64,000 nucleotides of DNA from positions 1-64,000 of the forward strand of contig CBEVQO010000008.1 in the NCBI GenBank assembly GCA_965552055.1, in the 5' to 3' direction. Shown in pieces: positions 63,691-64,000 of the stretch. Source of the DNA: an uncultured bacterium. GTDB lineage: Bacteria > Hydrothermota > UBA3073 > NMUJ01 > CBEVQO01. A model generated the notes under the pieces. The model was not told the DNA's origin. It was given only the letters and a program-made list of their open reading frames with translations, and did not search any database. Position numbers and translations under genes: made by a program. Position 1 is the first letter of the stretch. Each line of letters begins with the position of its first letter.

Positions 63691-64000
63691 TTCGGGATAT
63701 TTTTTATAAGTTTAAGCCAGGTTCCTTTGCCAAGTTGCATTCCTTTTACTTTTGGTGCGGAACTTATTTCAACTTTATCAAAAATTTTTCTCAAAGCATC
63801 AAGTCCACCGCCTTTCTTTAATTTCCCACCAAATCCTATGCCCTTGCCGTAATCTATCACATTTACTATTACTTTTCTGGGCTCCATTTCATAACTTATT
63901 TCAATGATGCCATCTTTTCTTCCTCCATATCCATGCTGTATTGCATTCATCATCGCTTCTTTTGCAACAAATTCAAGAGTAGATTCCGGAATCTCTTCCC
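63687..64000 (-). CDS. Partial HATPase_c/RsbW-like ATP-binding domain protein (5' end outside window)
   Basis: EAMMNAIQHG, DYGKG, GGGL, GTWL. Confidence 0.8.
   Translation of the reverse strand, partial: EEIPESTLEFVAKEAMMNAIQHGYGGRKDGIIEISYEMEPRKVIVNVIDYGKGIGFGGKLKKGGGLDALRKIFDKVEISSAPKVKGMQLGKGTWLKLIKNIPK

Overview
A gene-dense, AT-rich bacterial chromosome segment. E/K-rich proteins, T9SS-like C-terminal sorting domains, a V-type ATPase and several archaeal-type genes suggest a thermophilic FCB-related lineage such as WOR-3/Hydrothermae (inference only). The housekeeping backbone includes gap, pgk, nfo, guaA, rpe, V-ATPase B/D, ligA, tRNA-Gly(CCC), cobB, purE, nnr, folE2, hdrA-like, gpsA, pyrG, PBP1A, ruvABC, wecB and yebC. 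It is interrupted at gene junctions by many small accessory genes: a 4-copy PaREP1 array, at least 3 tandem tail-anchored coiled-coil genes, 3 retropepsin-like proteases, many HEPN/nucleotidyltransferase genes and a GmrSD-like nuclease. I saw no integrase, transposase, reverse transcriptase or CRISPR array. Main observations: (1) 22 sigma70-like promoters read by eye have TTGACn-N15(16)-TAnAAT spacing and none has 17 bp; many drive apparently leaderless genes and several overlap the upstream TGA stop. (2) Some inserted or arrayed genes begin with the same bases as the housekeeping gene they displace. (3) A lipoprotein gene is bracketed by two attC-like half-sites. (4) A 3-copy GC-rich dispersed element has conserved ends. 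(5) PKD lipoproteins appear to swap repeat modules. (6) An ATG lies 1 nt after a tRNA CCA end. (7) There is a candidate anti-SD sRNA. All calls come from reading the sequence; no searches were run.
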